Below are positions 63,990 through 64,000 of a stretch of DNA of 64,000 bases, one piece after another. Source of the DNA: Octopus vulgaris (lineage: Eukaryota). The position numbers were made by a program, and so were the translations under genes. Positions within the stretch are counted from its first letter, which is position 1. Every line of letters starts with the position of its first letter. Below the pieces are notes generated by a model. The model was not told the DNA's origin, made no database searches, and saw only the letters and a program-made list of their open reading frames with translations. The DNA lies in NCBI GenBank assembly GCA_951406725.2, contig OX597817.1, forward strand, positions 97,340,001 to 97,404,000, in the 5' to 3' direction.

Positions 63990-64000
63990 AATTGAGATAG

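Overview
AT-rich, microsatellite-dense eukaryotic DNA. The tRNA-derived SINE families and repeat landscape look like an octopus (coleoid cephalopod) genome; this is inference only. Most short ORFs in the track are microsatellite or transposon artefacts. One host gene can be reconstructed on the minus strand: TATA box (56087-56094), a perfect-Kozak ATG with signal-peptide exon (55941-55998), a 2.6-kb exon (46843-49442) and a probable short last exon (46717-46743). It would encode a secreted ~894-aa protein of 23 tandem six-cysteine pacifastin/half-VWC-like modules with a recent 444-bp higher-order amplification. The rest is transposon remains: Penelope-like elements with pseudo-LTRs and hammerhead-ribozyme (HHR) motifs, an L1/Tx1 ORF2, an ORF1-only (HAL1-like) retroposon inserted in a SINE, R4/Dong-like, CR1 and RTE LINEs, a non-autonomous LTR element, Gypsy fragments, mariner/Tc1, hAT, Helitrons, a MITE and many SINEs. 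All calls were made by eye; no searches or folding were run.
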